This document shows positions 29,901 to 46,492 of a stretch of 64,000 nucleotides of DNA, piece by piece; within the stretch, counting starts at the first letter, position 1; every line of letters begins with the position of its first letter. The position numbers and the translations under genes were made by a program. This DNA is from Eledone cirrhosa (lineage: Eukaryota). The notes under the pieces were generated by a model that had not been told where the DNA came from, did not search any database, and was given only the letters and a program-made list of their open reading frames with translations. The stretch covers positions 34,534,001 to 34,598,000 of the forward strand of contig OZ024743.1 in NCBI GenBank assembly GCA_964016885.1. Reading direction: 5' to 3'.

Positions 29901-32900
29901 AACAGCACTACCACCAACACCACTACCACCAACAGCACTACCACCAACAGCACTACCACCAACAGCACTACCACCAACACCACTACCACCAACAGCACTA
30001 CCACCAACACCACTACCACCAACACCACTACCACCAACAGCACTACCACCAACACCACTACCACCAACAGCACTACCACCAACACCACTACCACCAACAC
30101 CACTACCACCAACACCACTACCACCAACAGCACTACCACCAACAACAGTACCACCAACAGCACTACCACCAACACCACTACCACCAACACCACTACCACC
30201 AACAGCACTAACACCAACAGCACTACCACCAACAGCACTACCACCAACACCACTACCACCAACAGCACTACCACCAACAGCACTACCACCAACAACAGTA
30301 CCATCAACAAAACTACCACCAACAGCACTACCACCAACAGCACTACCACCAACAAAACTACCTCCAACAGCACTACCACCAACAGCATTACCGCCAACAC
30401 CACTACCACCAACACCACTACCACCAACACCACTACCACCAACAACACTACCACCAACATCACTACCACCAACAGCACTACCACCAACACCACTACCACT
30501 AAGAACACTACCACCAACACCACTACCACCAACAGCACTACCACCAACAGCACTACCACCAACAGCACTACCACCAACAACACTACCACCAACACCACTA
30601 CCACCAACACCACTACCACCAACAGCACTACCACCAACACCACTACCACCAACACCACTACCACCAACAGCACTACCACCAACACCACTACCACCAACAA
30701 CACTACCACCAACACCACTACCACCAACACCACTACCACCAACACCACTACCACCAACAGCACTACCACCAACAGCACTACCACCAACACCACTACCACC
30801 AACAACACTACCACCAACATCACTACCACCAACAGCACTACCACCAACACCACTACCACTAAGAACACTACCACCAACACCACTACCACCAACAGCACTA
30901 CCACCAACAGCACTATCACCAACAGCACTACCACCAACAACACTACCACCAACACCACTACCACCAACACCACTACCACCAACAGCACTACCACCAACAC
31001 CACTACCACCAACACCACTACCACCAACAGCACTACCACCAACACCACTACCACCAACAACACTACCACCAACACCACTACCACCAACACCACTACCACC
31101 AACACCACTACCACCAACAGCACTACCACCAACAGCACTACCACCAACACCACTACCACCAACAACACTACCACCAACAGCACTACCACCAACACCACTA
31201 CCACCAACAACACTACCACCAACACCACTACCACCAACACCACTACCACCAACACCACTACCACCAACACCACTACCACCAACACCACTACCACCAACAA
31301 CACTACCACCAACACCACTACCACCAACATCACTACCACCAACACCACTACCACCAACAACACTACCACCAACAACACTACCACCAACACCACTACCACC
31401 AACAACACTACCACCAACACCACTACCACCAACACCACTACCACCAACACCACTACCACCAACACCACTACCACCAACAGCACTACCACCAACAACACTA
31501 CCACCAACACCACTACCACCAACATCACTACCACCAACACCACTACCACCAACAACACTACCACCAACAACACTACCACCAACACCACTACCACCAACAA
31601 CACTACCACCAACACCACTACCACCAACACCACTACCACCGACACCACTACCACCAACACCACTACCACCAGCAGCACTACCACCAACAACACTACCACC
31701 AACACCACTACCACCAACACCACTACCACCAACACCACTACCACCAACAGTACTACCACCAACACCACTACCACCAACACCACTACCACCAACACCACTA
31801 CCACCAACAGCACTACCACCAACACCACTAGCACCAACAGAACTACCACCAACACTACTACCACCAACAGCACTACCACCAACACCACTACCACCAACAC
31901 GACTACCACCAACAACACTACCACCAACACCACTACCACCAACACCACTACCACCAACAGCACTACCACCAACAAAACTACCACCAACAGCACTACCACC
32001 AACACCACTACCACCAACACCACTACCACCAACAACACCACTACCAACACCACTACCACCAACAACACCACTACCAACACCACTACCACCAACACAACTA
32101 CCACCAACAACACCACTACCAACAGCACTACCACCAACAACACCACTACCAACACCACTACCACCAACAGCGCTACCACCAACAACACCACTACCAACAC
32201 CACTACCACCAACAGCGCTACCACCAACAACACCACTACCAACAGCACTACCACCAACAACACCACTACCAACACCAATACCACCAACACAACTACCACC
32301 AACAACACCACTACCAACACCACTACCACCAACAGCACTACCACCAACAACACTACTACCAACACCACTACCACCAACACCACTACCACCAACAGCACTA
32401 CCACCAACACCACTACCACCAACAGCACTACCACCAACACCACTACCACCAACACCACTACCACCAACACCACTACCACCAACACCACTACCACCAACAC
32501 CACTACCACCAACAGCACTACCACCAACAGCACTACCACCAACACCACTACCACCAACAGCACTACCACCAACAAAACTACCACCAACAGCACTACCACC
32601 AACAGCACTACCACCAACACCACTACCACCAACAACACTACCACCAACACCACTACCACCAACACCACTACCACCAACACGACTACCACCAACAACACTA
32701 CCACCAACACCACTACCACCAACACCACTACCACCAACAGCACTACCACCAACAAAACTACCACCAACAGCACTACCACCAACAGCAAAACCTCCAACAC
32801 CACTACCACCAACAGCACTACCACCAACACCACTACCACCAACAGCACTACCACCAACAGCACTACCACCAACACCACTACCACCAACACCACTACCACC

Positions 32901-35900
32901 AACAACACCACTACCACCAACACCAATACCACCAACACAACTACCACCAACAACACCACTACCAACACCACTACCACCAACAGCACTACCACCAACAACA
33001 CTACCACCAACACCACTACCACCAATACCACTACCACCAACACCACTAACACCAACACGACTACCACCAACACCACTACCACTAAGAACACTACCACCAA
33101 CACCACTACCACCAACAGCACTACCACCAACACCACTACCACCAACAACGGTACCACCAACAGCACTACCACCAACACCACTACCACCAACAACACTTCC
33201 ACCAACACCACTACCACCAACACCACTACCACCAACACCACTACCACCAACACCACTACCACCAACAGCATTACCGCCAACACCACTACCACCAACACCA
33301 CTACCACCAACAACACTACCACCAACAACACTACCACCAACAGCACTACCACCAACAGCACTACCACCAACACCACTACCACCAACAAAACTACCACCAA
33401 CATCACTACCACCAACAGTACTACCACCAACACCACTACCACCAAGAACACTACCACCAACACCACTACCACCAACAGCACTACCACCAACAGCACTACC
33501 ACCAACAGCACTACCACCAACAGCACTACCACCAACACAACTACCACCAACACCACTACCACCAACAGCACTACCACCAACACCACTACCACCAACAACA
33601 CTACCACCAACACCACTACCACCAACACCACTACCACCAACAGCACTACCACCAACAACACTACCACCAACACCACTACCACCAACATCACTACCACCAA
33701 CACCACTACCACCAACAACACTAACACCAACAACACTACCACCAACACCACTACCACCTACAACACTACCACCAACACCACTACCACCAACACCACTACC
33801 ACCAACACCACTACCACCAACACCACTACCACCAACAGCACTACCACCAACAACACTACCACCAACACCACTACCACTAACACCACTACCACCAACACCA
33901 CTACCACCAACAGTACTACCACCAACACCACTACCACCAACACCACTACCACCAACACCACTACCACCAACAGCACTACCACCAACACCACTAGCACCAA
34001 CAGAAATACCACCAACACTACTACCTCCAACAGCACTACCACCAACATCACTACCACCAACAGTACTACCACCAACACCACTACCACCAACACGACTACC
34101 ACCAACAACACTACCACCAACACCACTACCACCAACACCACTACCACCAACAGCGCTACCACCAACAAAACTACCACCAACAGCACTACCACCAACAGCA
34201 CTACCACCAACACCACTACCACCAACAACACCACTACCAACACCACTACCACCAACAACACCACTACCAACAGCACTACCACCAACACAACTACCACCAA
34301 CAACACCACTACCAACACCACTACCACCAACAGCGCTACCACCAACAACACCACTACCAACAGCACTACCACCAACAACACCACTACCAACACCACTACC
34401 AACACCACTAACACCATCAGCACTACCACCAACACAACTACCACCAACAACACCACTACCAACACCACTAACACCAACAGCACTACCACCAACAACACTA
34501 CTACCAACACCACTACCACCAACACCACTACCACCAACAGCACTACCACCAACACCACTACCACCAACAGCACTACCACCAACAGAACTACCACCAACAC
34601 CACTACCACCAACACCACTACCACCAACACCACTACCACCAACACCACTACCACCAACACCACTACCACCAACACCACTACCAGCAACAGCACCACTACC
34701 AACACCACTACCACCAACAGCACTACCACCAACAACACTACCACCAACACCACTACCACCAACACCACTACCACCAACACGAGTACCACCAACAACACTA
34801 CCACCAACACCACTACCACCAACAGAACTACCACCAACAGCACTACCACCGACACGACTACCACCAACAACACCACTACCAACACCACTACCACCAACAG
34901 CGCTACCACCAACAACACCACTACCAACAGCACTACCACCAACAACACCACTACCAACACCAATACCACCAACACAACTACCACCAACAACACCACTACC
35001 AACACCACTACCATCAACAGCACTACCACCAACAACACTACTACCAACACCACTACCACCAACACCACTACCACCAACAGCACTACCACCAACACCACTA
35101 CCACCAACAGCACTACCACCAACAGAACTACCACCAACACCACTACCACCAACACCAATACCACCAACACAACTACCACCAACAACACCACTACCAACAC
35201 CACTACCACCAACAGCACTACCACCAACAACACTACTACCAACACCACTACCACCAACACCACTACCACCAACAGCACTACCACCAACACCACTACCACC
35301 AACAGCACTACCACCAACAGAACTACCACCAACACCACTACCACCAACACCACTACCACCAACACCACTACCACCAACACCACTACCACCAACAGCACTA
35401 CCACCAACAGCACTACCACCAACACCACTACCACCAACAACACTACCACCAACACCACTACCACCAACACCACTACCACCAACACGACTACCACCAACAA
35501 CACTACCACCAACACCACTACCACCAACAACACTACCACCAACACGACTACCACCAACAACACTACCACCAACACCACTACCACCAACACCACTACCACC
35601 AACACGACTACCACCAACAACACTACCACCAACACCACTACCACCAACACCACTACCACCAACAAAACTACCACCAACAACACTACCACCAACACGACTA
35701 CCACCAACAACACTACCACCAACACCACTACCACCAACACCACTACCACCAACAAAACTACCACCAACAGCACTACCACCAACACCACTACCACCAACAC
35801 CACTACCACCAACAAAACTACCACCAACAGCACTACCACCAACACCACTACCACCAACAACGGTACCACCAACACCACTACCACCAACAGCACTACCACC

Positions 35901-38900
35901 AACAGCACTACCACCAACACCACTACCACCAACAACACTTCCACCAACACCACTACCACCAACACCACTACCACCAACACGACTACCACCAACAACACTA
36001 CCACCAACACCACTACCACCAACACCACTACCACCAACAACAGTAGCACCAACACCACTACCACCAACAGCACTACCACCAACACCACTACCACCAACAC
36101 CACTACCACCAACAACAGTACCACCAACACCACTACCACCAAACACCACTACCACCAACACCACTACCACCAACACCACTACCACCAACAGCATTACCAC
36201 CAACAACACTACCTCCAACAGCACTACCACCAACAACACTACCACCAACACCACTACCACCAACACCACTACCACCAACACCACTACCACCAACACCACT
36301 ACCACCAACAGCATTACCGCCAACACCACTACCACCAACACCACTACCACCAACAGCACTACCACCAACAACACTACCACCAACAGCACTACCACCAACA
36401 GCACTACCACCAACACCACTACCACCAACAACACTACCACCAACATCACTACCACCAACAGCACTACCACCAACACCACTACCACCAAGAACACTACCAC
36501 CAACACCACTACCACCAACAGCACTACCACCAACAGCACTACCACCAACACCACTACCACCAACACCACTACCACCAACACCACTACCACCAACAGCACT
36601 ACCACCAACACCACTACCACCAACAACACTACCACCAACACCACTACCACCAACACCACTACCACCAACACCACTACCACCAACACCACTACCACCAACA
36701 CCACTACCACCAACAGCACTACCACCAACAACACTACCACCAACACCACTACCGCCAACATCACTACCACCAACACCACTACCACCAACAACACTACCAC
36801 CAACAACACTACCACCAACACCACTACCACCAACAACACTACCACCAACACCACTACCACCAACACCACTACCAACAACACCACTACCACCAACACCACT
36901 ACCACCAACAGCACTACCACCAACAACACTACCACCAACACCACTACCACCAACACCACTACCACCAACACCACTACCACCAACACCACTACCACCAACA
37001 CCACTACCACCAACGCTACTACCACCAACACCACTACCACCAACACCAATACCACCAACAGTACTACCACCAACACCACTACCACCAACACCACTACCGC
37101 CAACACCACTACCACCAACAGCACTACCACCAACAACACTACCACCAACACCACTACCACCAACACCACTACCACCAACACCACTACCACCAACAGTACT
37201 ACCACCAACACAACTACCACCAACAGCACTACCACCAACAACACTACCAGCAACAGCACTATCACCAACACCACTACCACCAACAGAACTACCACCAACA
37301 CTACTACCACCAACAGCACTACCACCAACACCACTACCACCAACAGCACTACCACCAACACCACTACCACCAACAACACTACCACCAACAACACTACCAC
37401 CAACACCACTACCACCAACAACACTACCACCAACACCACTACCACCAACACCACTGCCACCAACACCACTACCACCAACACCACTACCACCAACAGCACT
37501 ACCACCAACAACACTACCACCAACGCCACTACCACCAACACCACTACTACCAACACCACTACCACCAACAGTACTACCACCAACACCACTACCACCAACA
37601 GCACTACCATCAACACCACTACCACCAACACCACTACCACCAACACCGCTACCACCAACACCACTACCACCAACAACACTACCACCAACAACGCTACCTC
37701 CAACAGCACTACCACCAACAACACTACCACCAACACCACTACCACCAACACCACTACCACCAACAGCACTACCACCAACAGCATTACCGCCAACACCACT
37801 ACCCCCAACACCACTACCACCAACAACACTACCACCGACACCACTACCACCAACAACACTACCTCCAACAGCACTACCATCAACACCACTACCACCAACA
37901 GCACTACCACCAACAGCACTACCACCAACAGCACTACCGCCAACACCTCTACCACCAACACCACTACCACCAACAACACTACCACCAACAACACTACCAC
38001 CGACACCACTACCACCAACAACACTACCACCAACACCACTACCATCAACACCACTACCACCAACAGCACAACCACCAACAGCTTTACCGCCAACACCACT
38101 ACCACCAACACCACTACCACCAACAACACTACCACCAACACCACTACCACCAACACCACTACCACCAACACCACTACCACCAACAGCACTACCACCAACA
38201 ACACTACCACCAACAACACTACCACCAACACCACTACCACCAACAACACTACCACCAACACCACTACCACCAACAGCACTAACACCAACACCACTACCAC
38301 CAACACCACTACCACCAACAGCACTACCACCAACAACACTACCACCAACACCACTACCACCAAAACCACTACCACCAACACCACTACCACCAACACCACT
38401 ACCACCAATAGTACTACCACCAACACCACTACCACTAACAGCACTACCACAAACAACACTACCAGCAAGAGCACTACCACCAACACCACTACCACCAACA
38501 GAACTACCACCAACACTACTACCACCAACAGCACTACCACCAACACCACTACCACCAACAGCACTACCACCAACACCACTACCACCAACAGCACTACCAC
38601 CAACAACACTACCAGCAACAGCACTACCACCAACACCACAACAACAACAACACTACCAGCAACACCACTACCACCAACACCACTACCACCAACACCACTA
38701 CCACCAACACCACTACCACCAACAGCACTACTACAAACAACACTACCACCAACACCACTACCACCAACACCACTACCACCAACACCACTACCACCAACAG
38801 CACTACCACCAACAGCACTACAACCAACACCACTACCACCAACACCACTACCACCAACAGCACTGCTACAAACAACACTACCACCAACACCACTACCACC

Positions 38901-41783
38901 AACACCACTACCACCAACACCACTACCACCAACAGTACTACCACCAACACAACTACCACCAACACCACTACCACCAACAACACTACCAGCAACAGCACTA
39001 CCACCAACACCACTACCACCAACAGAACTACCACCAACACCACTACCACCAACAACACTACCACCAACAGCACTACCACCAACACCACTACCACCAACAG
39101 AACTACCACCAACACTACTACCACCAACAGCACTACCACCAACACCACTACCACCAACAGCACTACCACCAACACCACTACCACCAACAGCACTACCACC
39201 AACAACACTACCAGCAACAGCACTACCACCAACACTACTACCACCAACAGCACTACCACCAACACTACTACCACCAACAGCACTACCACCTACACCACTA
39301 CCACCAACAGCACTACCACCAACACCACTACCACCAACAGCACTACCACCAACAGCACTACAACCAACACCACTACCACCAACACCACTACCACCAACAG
39401 CACTACCACCAACACCACTACCACCAACAACACTACCAGCAACAGCACTACCACCAACACCACTACCACCAACACCACTAGCACCAACAGCACTACCACC
39501 AACAACACTACCACCAACAACACTACCACCAACACCACTACCACCAACAGCACTACCACCAACAACACTACCACCAACACCACTACCACCAACACCACTA
39601 CCACCAACAGCACTACCACCAACAACACTACCACCAACACCACTACCACCAACACCACTACCACCAACAGCACTACCAGCAACAGCACTACCACCAACAG
39701 CACTACCACCAACACCACTACCACCAACAACACTACCACCAACACCACTACCTCCAACAGCACTACCACCAACAACACTACCAGCAACAGCACTACCACC
39801 AACAGCACTACCACCAACACCACTACCACCAACAGCACTACCACCAACACCACTACCACCAACACCACTACCACCAACACCACTACCACCAACAGCACTA
39901 CCTCCAACAACACTATTACCAACACCACTACCACCAACAACACTACCACCAACACCACTACCACCAACAACACTACCACTAACAGCACTACCACCAACAC
40001 CACTACCACCAACACCACTACCACCAACAGCACTACCACCAACACCACTACCAGCAACACCACTACCACCAACACCACTACCACCAACACCACTACCACC
40101 AACAACACTACCACCAACACCACTACCACCAACACCACTACCACCAACACCACTACCACCAACAGCACTACCTCCAACAACACTATTACCAACACCACTA
40201 CCACCAACAACACTACCACCAACACCACTACCACCAACAACACTACCACTAACAGCACTACCACCAACACCACTACCACCAACACCACTACCACCAACAG
40301 CACTACCACCAACACCACTACCAGCAACAGCACTACCACCAACAACACTACCACCAACAGCACTACCACCAACAGCACTACCACCAACACCACTACCACC
40401 AACACCACTACCACCAACACCACTACCACCAACACCACTACCACCAACACCACTACCAGCAACACCACTACCACCAACACCACTACCACCAACAGCACTA
40501 CCACCAACACCACTACCACCAACACCACTACCACCAACACCACTACCACCAACACCACGACCACCAACAGCACTACCACCACTACCACCAGCAACAGCAC
40601 TACCACCAACAACACTACCACCAACAGCACTACCACCAACAGCACTACCACCAACACCACTACCACCAACACCACTACCACCAACACCACTACCACCAAC
40701 AGCACTACCACCAACACCACTACCAGCAACACCACTACCACCAACACCACTACCAGCAACAGCACTACCACCAACAACACTACCACCAACAGCACTACCA
40801 CCAACAGCACTACCACCAACACCACTACCACCAACACCACTACCACCAACACCACTACCACCAACAGCACTACCACCAACACCACTACCACCAACACCAC
40901 TACCACCAACACCACTACCACCAACACCACTACCACCAACACCACTACCACCAACACCACTACCACCAACACCACTACCACCAACACCACTACCACTAAC
41001 AGCACTACCACCAACAGCACTACCACCAACACCACTACCACCAACAGCACTACCACCAACAACACTACCACTAACACCAACACTACCACCACCAACACCA
41101 CTACTACCAACACCACTACCACCAACAGGACTACCACCAACACCACTACCACCAACAGTACTACCACCAACAACACTACCAATAACACCACTACCACCAA
41201 CAGCACTACCACCAACAGCACTACCACCAACACCACTACCACCAACACCACTACCACCAACACCACTACCACCAACACCACTACCACCAACACCACTACC
41301 ACCAACACCACTACCACCAACAGCACTACCTCCAACACCACTACCACCAACACCACTACCACCAACACCACTACCACCAACACCACTACCACCAACACCA
41401 CTACCACCAACACCACTACCACTAACACCACTACCACTAACACCACTACCACCAACACCACTACCACCAACACCACTACCACCAACACCACTACCACCAA
41501 CACCACTACCACCAACAACACTACCACTAACACCACTACCACCAACACCACTACCACCAACACCACTACCACCAACACCACTACCACCAACAACACTACC
41601 ACTAACACCACTACCACCAACACCACTACCACCAACACCACTACCACCAACAACACTACCACTAACACCACTACCACCAACACCACTACCACCAACACCA
41701 CTACCACCAACACCACTACCACCAACAACACTACCAATAACACCACTACCACCAACACTACCACCACCAACACCACTACTACC
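26979..41783. repeat. ~14.8-kb satellite of a 15-bp unit AAC-A(C/G/A)C-ACT-ACC-ACC (roughly 980 units)
   Basis: Direct reading; source of the ORFs 26937-38282 (+) and 26964-41786 (-). Confidence 0.98.
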
Positions 41784-42011
41784 CATACCTATACCTATTT
41801 ATCCATACCACCTTTATATACTAGCAATGTTAACCAATCAATGACTCTCATTTGTAATTTCAGTAAATTCTAGAAAATTCTAGAAAATCCCGCAACTGAA
41901 CACATTTCTGTTTGATGTCATCAACAAATATCATTTATTACTGAAGCCTATAAATAGTACGGCTTGTTTTGATTGGATAACTTAAGGACGACGTCATCGA
42001 AGTGGCACAGT

Positions 42012-42187
42012 GATGATTGTTGTTATTGTTGTTGTTATTGTTGTTGTTATTTTTGTTGTTGTTGTTGCTGTTATTGTTATTGTTGTTTCTGTTGTTGTTG
42101 TTGTTGTGAAGATGGTGGCATCGGTGTTCGTTATGGGGGTAGTGTTGCCGTTGCTGCTGCTGGTGGTGGTGGTGGTAGTGGTGTTGG

Positions 42188-42218
<31 letters not shown>

Positions 42219-42382
42219 GGTGGTTTCAGTGGTGATGGTGATGGTGGTGGTAGCGTTAATGGTGGTAATGTAGATAGGTGGTGGAATGTGATGGTTTTTG
42301 TTGTTGTAGTAGTAGTAGTAGTAGTGGTGGTGGTGGTGGTGGTGGTGGTGGTGGTGGTGGTGTTGGTAATGGTAATGGTGGA
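42012..42382. repeat. Compound (GTT)n/(GGT)n/(GTA)n low-complexity tract, opposite polarity to the large satellite
   Basis: Direct reading. Confidence 0.9.
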
Positions 42383-42669
42383 AGGTTGAATGTTGAATTA
42401 ACAGTGAAGATAGATCGTGTACGATACGACGCCGGCTGCCTCTCTGAACGATCGCTTCCCTTGAGAGCAGGATGTAGATTATTAATGTGACTGGGACAAT
42501 ATCAAATGTTATTTCAACTAGCACGAATATCGAGTTTTCCTTCCATCAATGCCGTCTAGTCTTCTGACTATCTAGCAACCTAACAGCGTACCTGACACCC
42601 TTCTAGCTGATGAGTACACAATCATCAGAGTACATACAATAGTTTATAACTTTGCCTATTAATCCGTAT

Positions 42670-42820
42670 GGTGAGCAAATAGGGTCCCACGTGCTGCCCT
42701 CCCCACGGCCCCGGCGAACAGGATGGAGAAGGCGTTTCCCCGGAGGATGGTAAGGAAGATGCGCTGAAAGAGCCATTCCAACTCGCAAGGGTCACGCCTG
42801 CGGCTGGCCAGCTCAGTGCA
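42670..42820 (-). mobile_element. 3' fragment of CRE-like non-LTR retrotransposon
   Basis: ELASRRRDPCELEWLFQRIFLTILRGNAFSIL matches the LFQR.S...QRGNA..I C-terminal motif of CRE-type ORFs. Confidence 0.65.
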
Positions 42821-43793
42821 TATGGTGGTCAGTAAATAATTACAAATTGAAAAAAAAAAGATTACATATAGCTTAAACTTCAAAAAAAAAAAATAAAAAG
42901 ATAATAATCATCAGAGTTATCCAGCATCTTCGTTTCCGTGTGTATGAACCTGGTAAATGAGGCTGTGAAGCTACTGCCGATGGGTCCTGAGTCAAAGTGT
43001 GGGGTGTTTCCTTCATCACGTTGGCATGAGCCATGTTATTAAAAGGAACCTCGAGGCTGTCGGTTCCTGCCAGATCTATAGCCTGTGTGTCGAACACGAT
43101 AATTGTTTCCACGTTCGCAGTGGGTGAGTCACTCTTCTGGAACAACACATGTTCTGACACAGACAAGTATTAACCTTGTCGCTTCAGCCATAAACCCAGG
43201 AAGATGCAAAAGATAAACTAAGAAGCAGGTCATTAGAAGAAACTGTGATTACATTGTTCTTCTTTCCATTGCGGATAATATCTGTTTTTGGCAACTTCTG
43301 ACAGAAACGTCACCTCTTTACTGGTGACAAGAGGTGGGATTTGAATTCATCATTACTCTGGACTGGTTCTTTATTTACTGTGTTGGTGGCTCTGGTGAAG
43401 GTGGTGGTATTGGCTCTAGTGAAACTGCTAGTGTATTTGGTGTTAATCAGTGATGGTTGTAATCATGATGACGTTGGTGTTGAATGCAAGGTGAGGAGTG
43501 CAGGCTTATCAAAGGCTGGGCTACTAAGCCATACCAGACGTCACACTCATGGAAATAACAGCCTTGAGTACCCCGGATTGCAGATGGGGTGTATCTGTAA
43601 GTAAAGGACCAGCATTGTCACACACAATTATGTTGAGGGTACCCGTGTCTTTGAAATATTCACCCACTGAATTTTCAGAAGTTAAATTAATTTACATCTA
43701 TAGTGAGAATGAGAGATATTGTATAATTCATGCCCCTTCCGATTCAATTAATAGCCGCAGCTATGCAAACACCGGGTGGCTAACGCCCTCTGC

Positions 43794-44094
43794 TGGTGTC
43801 CAGCAGAAGCAAGGGGGACTATGCATTTCAGGCTTGACTGGCCTTCGTCAGGACGGTCACTCCCACCGCTTGCGACTGCTGGACTTGAAAACAGTCGAGA
43901 ATATATAGTTTTCTCATCTGTGTAAATGAGGTGATTAATCTCATTTGCATATGATGCTGCATAAGTTGATTCAACTTATAATAGAAAAGAAATAAGATTT
44001 CGCTTAAGCAGTAGCAAGCGGTGGAAGGGCAGACGAAGGCCAGTCGAGCCTGAAATGCAGAGACGGTTGTCCCCCTTGCTTCTGCTGGACACCA
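43794..44094. mobile_element. ~300-bp MITE-like fold-back element
   Basis: Imperfect inverted arms 43794-43880 and 44007-44094 (tggtgtccagcagaagcaaggggga / tcccccttgcttctgctggacacca). Confidence 0.7.
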
Positions 44095-44756
44095 TCAAAT
44101 TAAGAAAATGATAAACGTGTATATGTGAGTATATACAAGAGAGAGATATACAATATTTTTATGTGACTCTTTTTGCGGGCATATTGTTTTTATTCTGTTT
44201 AGTTAGGGGAGTGAGGGCAGTGCCTATGGACCTTTTTAGGGCCACCGAGACTGATAGGAGGAGGAGGGAGAACATACTAAAACCAGAGACCTAGACTGGT
44301 TGCATGTAACAGGGTGAACTCCACTACAGGAGTTAGTGGCCAGTTGGTTAGTCTTAAACTGGACGACGGATTAACTTTACCATCTCCATATATGTCTACT
44401 TAAGCATGGTCGGTATTTTAAGCGTCTGGAGAAGTGGTATGATATTTTTCTCTCCATCAAATGGCATCAAATTGAAGAATATTGTGTAAATTAAGGATTC
44501 AAAGAGAGAAGGGGGGGTGGGGGCTCAATATCACAATGTGACACTAATCATCTGAAGTGATGCTTGTGTCGGCTGGGACACGTACTAAGTCTGCCATACA
44601 TCAAAACCTGCAAACCACACACTTCAGTAGACTCCAGCAAACCAGAGAAAAAGAGGATGACTCAAGAGAGAGGGAAGAAGGAAGAAGAGACTTGTATCTG
44701 TTCAGAACGCAGAGAATGTCACTTGAAAATGATAATACTTAGAGTAAGAAAAATTA

Positions 44757-44935
44757 TAGTTGTTTCTACTTTAGGCACAAGGCCAGCAATTACTCCCAGT
44801 GCATTACTGGTGATTTATTTTCTCGACCCCGTAAGGATGAAAGGCAAAGTTAACCTCGGCGGGATTCGAACTCAGATTTAAAGGGGCGCAAACCATGGCG
44901 TCCGACCCTCTACCGATACTGCCAATCCACCGCCC
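44757..44935 (-). mobile_element. SINE family A
   Basis: Head, B-box gagttcgaatcc, core and tail. Confidence 0.88.
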
Positions 44936-45055
44936 CAAGAAAAATTATAATAGTAATATCAATAACAACAACGATGCTAAAATCATTAACAATAATAATG
45001 GTTTGTAACAGCAGCATAAGCCCAGAAATGTTAGGAGAAATGTAAAGGAGGATAG

Positions 45056-45208
45056 AAGCGGCGAATTGGCGGAGTCATTAGAACATTGGATAGCATGCTT
45101 TTCGATATTTGTTTCTTCTCTCTAAATTCAAATAGTACCGAGGTCAACTTTGTCTTTCATTCATTCGAGGTCGATAAAAATGTACCAGTTTAGTACTGGG
45201 GTCGATTC
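45056..45208 (+). mobile_element. Older SINE family A-related copy
   Basis: ggcgaattggcggagtcattaga..gaggtcaactttgtctttcattcattcgaggtcgataaa..gtaccag. Confidence 0.65.
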
Positions 45209-46299
45209 TTCCTCTATGTTTCTTTCTCACTTACATTCTCTTACTCTCTATCCTTATCTGGAATAACTGTATTCACACCTGGAGAGATGGGCTACGCCAG
45301 GTTTAAGCATGCCCTAGAAACGCCGTATGTCAGTATGACTCCCTCGGGAGTTACGGGACCATGCATGCAAGGGAGAGTAAGTATAGTCCATTTAATAATT
45401 GGGAATCAGCTGGTACTTATTTTAATAACATTTGAAGGACCAAAGGTAATGTCAAATTTGGGTAAGTGATGCAGTCGATTAAGTCAGCCACAGTACTTGA
45501 CTGTTGCTATATTTTATCGACCCATGAAGAATGAAGGTAAATTAAACTTAGGTAGGATTTAAACTCAGGATGTAAAAGTTTATAATTAAATAATTTTTTT
45601 CATAGGCTCAATGTCGGAAATTTTGAGGGAAAGAAGCATCGATTCAATAGATGCTAGTGCATGAATGGTAATTAGTTTATCGACCTCGGTGGAATAAAAG
45701 GTGAGGCTGACTTTGGCGGAATTTAAACTAAGGTATTTTGTCCTAAGTTCTACCAATTGTGTTAATTCCTCAACCACAATGATTTGTTTTATTGCCATAA
45801 AGAATAGCAACAGTAGCAATATAGTAGCATCAGTCATAGGGTATAAGTATGGTGGTAGTGACGTCAATGAAATACCTGAAATATCATGTAAAAACGTTTA
45901 CGAGTAACATTTAATGAATAGTTTATGTTGTCCAACTTTTACAACATTTTGGCACCTGGTTGGCTGCATTGATAGCAATTGTGTTATTTGTTCAGTTATT
46001 GGCAGAACTAACGAGTAACATCTGACTATAGCATAGCATTGTTGCATTTTCATTTGATTGGTACTGTGGTATGACGTATTGTAATTAATGCCAGGGTCAG
46101 ATTAGAGCAACAAGCTTGAGAATATTTGGGGTTCTTTAACACCTACTCGCAAGAAATATAATGAAAATTAATAGTAGATAAATTTAGGCATACATATAAA
46201 TCGATGCTGATATTCCAGCATCGATCCATGCCGACTTCTAAAAAATAATACCCAAAGAAATGTATTTAATAACGATTATTATATTCTAAATTCTAAAGG

Positions 46300-46492
46300 G
46301 CCGGTGGATTGGCAGTATCGGTAGAGGGTTGGACGCCATGCTTTGACGCATAGAATTACGGCCCTTGTCATTCTGAGTTCAAATCCACTCGAAGTTAACT
46401 TTGCCTTTCATTCTTGCGGGGTCGATAAAATAAAGTACCAGTAATGCACTGGTTAATTGCTGGCCTTGTGCCAAAAGTAGAAACAATTATTA
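46300..46492 (+). mobile_element. Full-length SINE family A
   Basis: Head, core and tail; attattatattctaaa occurs on both flanks (possible target-site duplication). Confidence 0.9.

Noticed and set aside
26964-41786. 4940-aa GGSGV ORF and poly-Val/Leu ORFs on the minus strand; poly-His/Gln tail of the plus-strand ORF
   Set aside because: Alternative readings of the 15-bp satellite; they switch composition at single-base indels and have no non-repetitive domain
42873-43166. 97-aa ORF as an exon
   Set aside because: Ends in a tgatgattatt-type tail resembling an RTE/SINE 3' end; no splice or homology support
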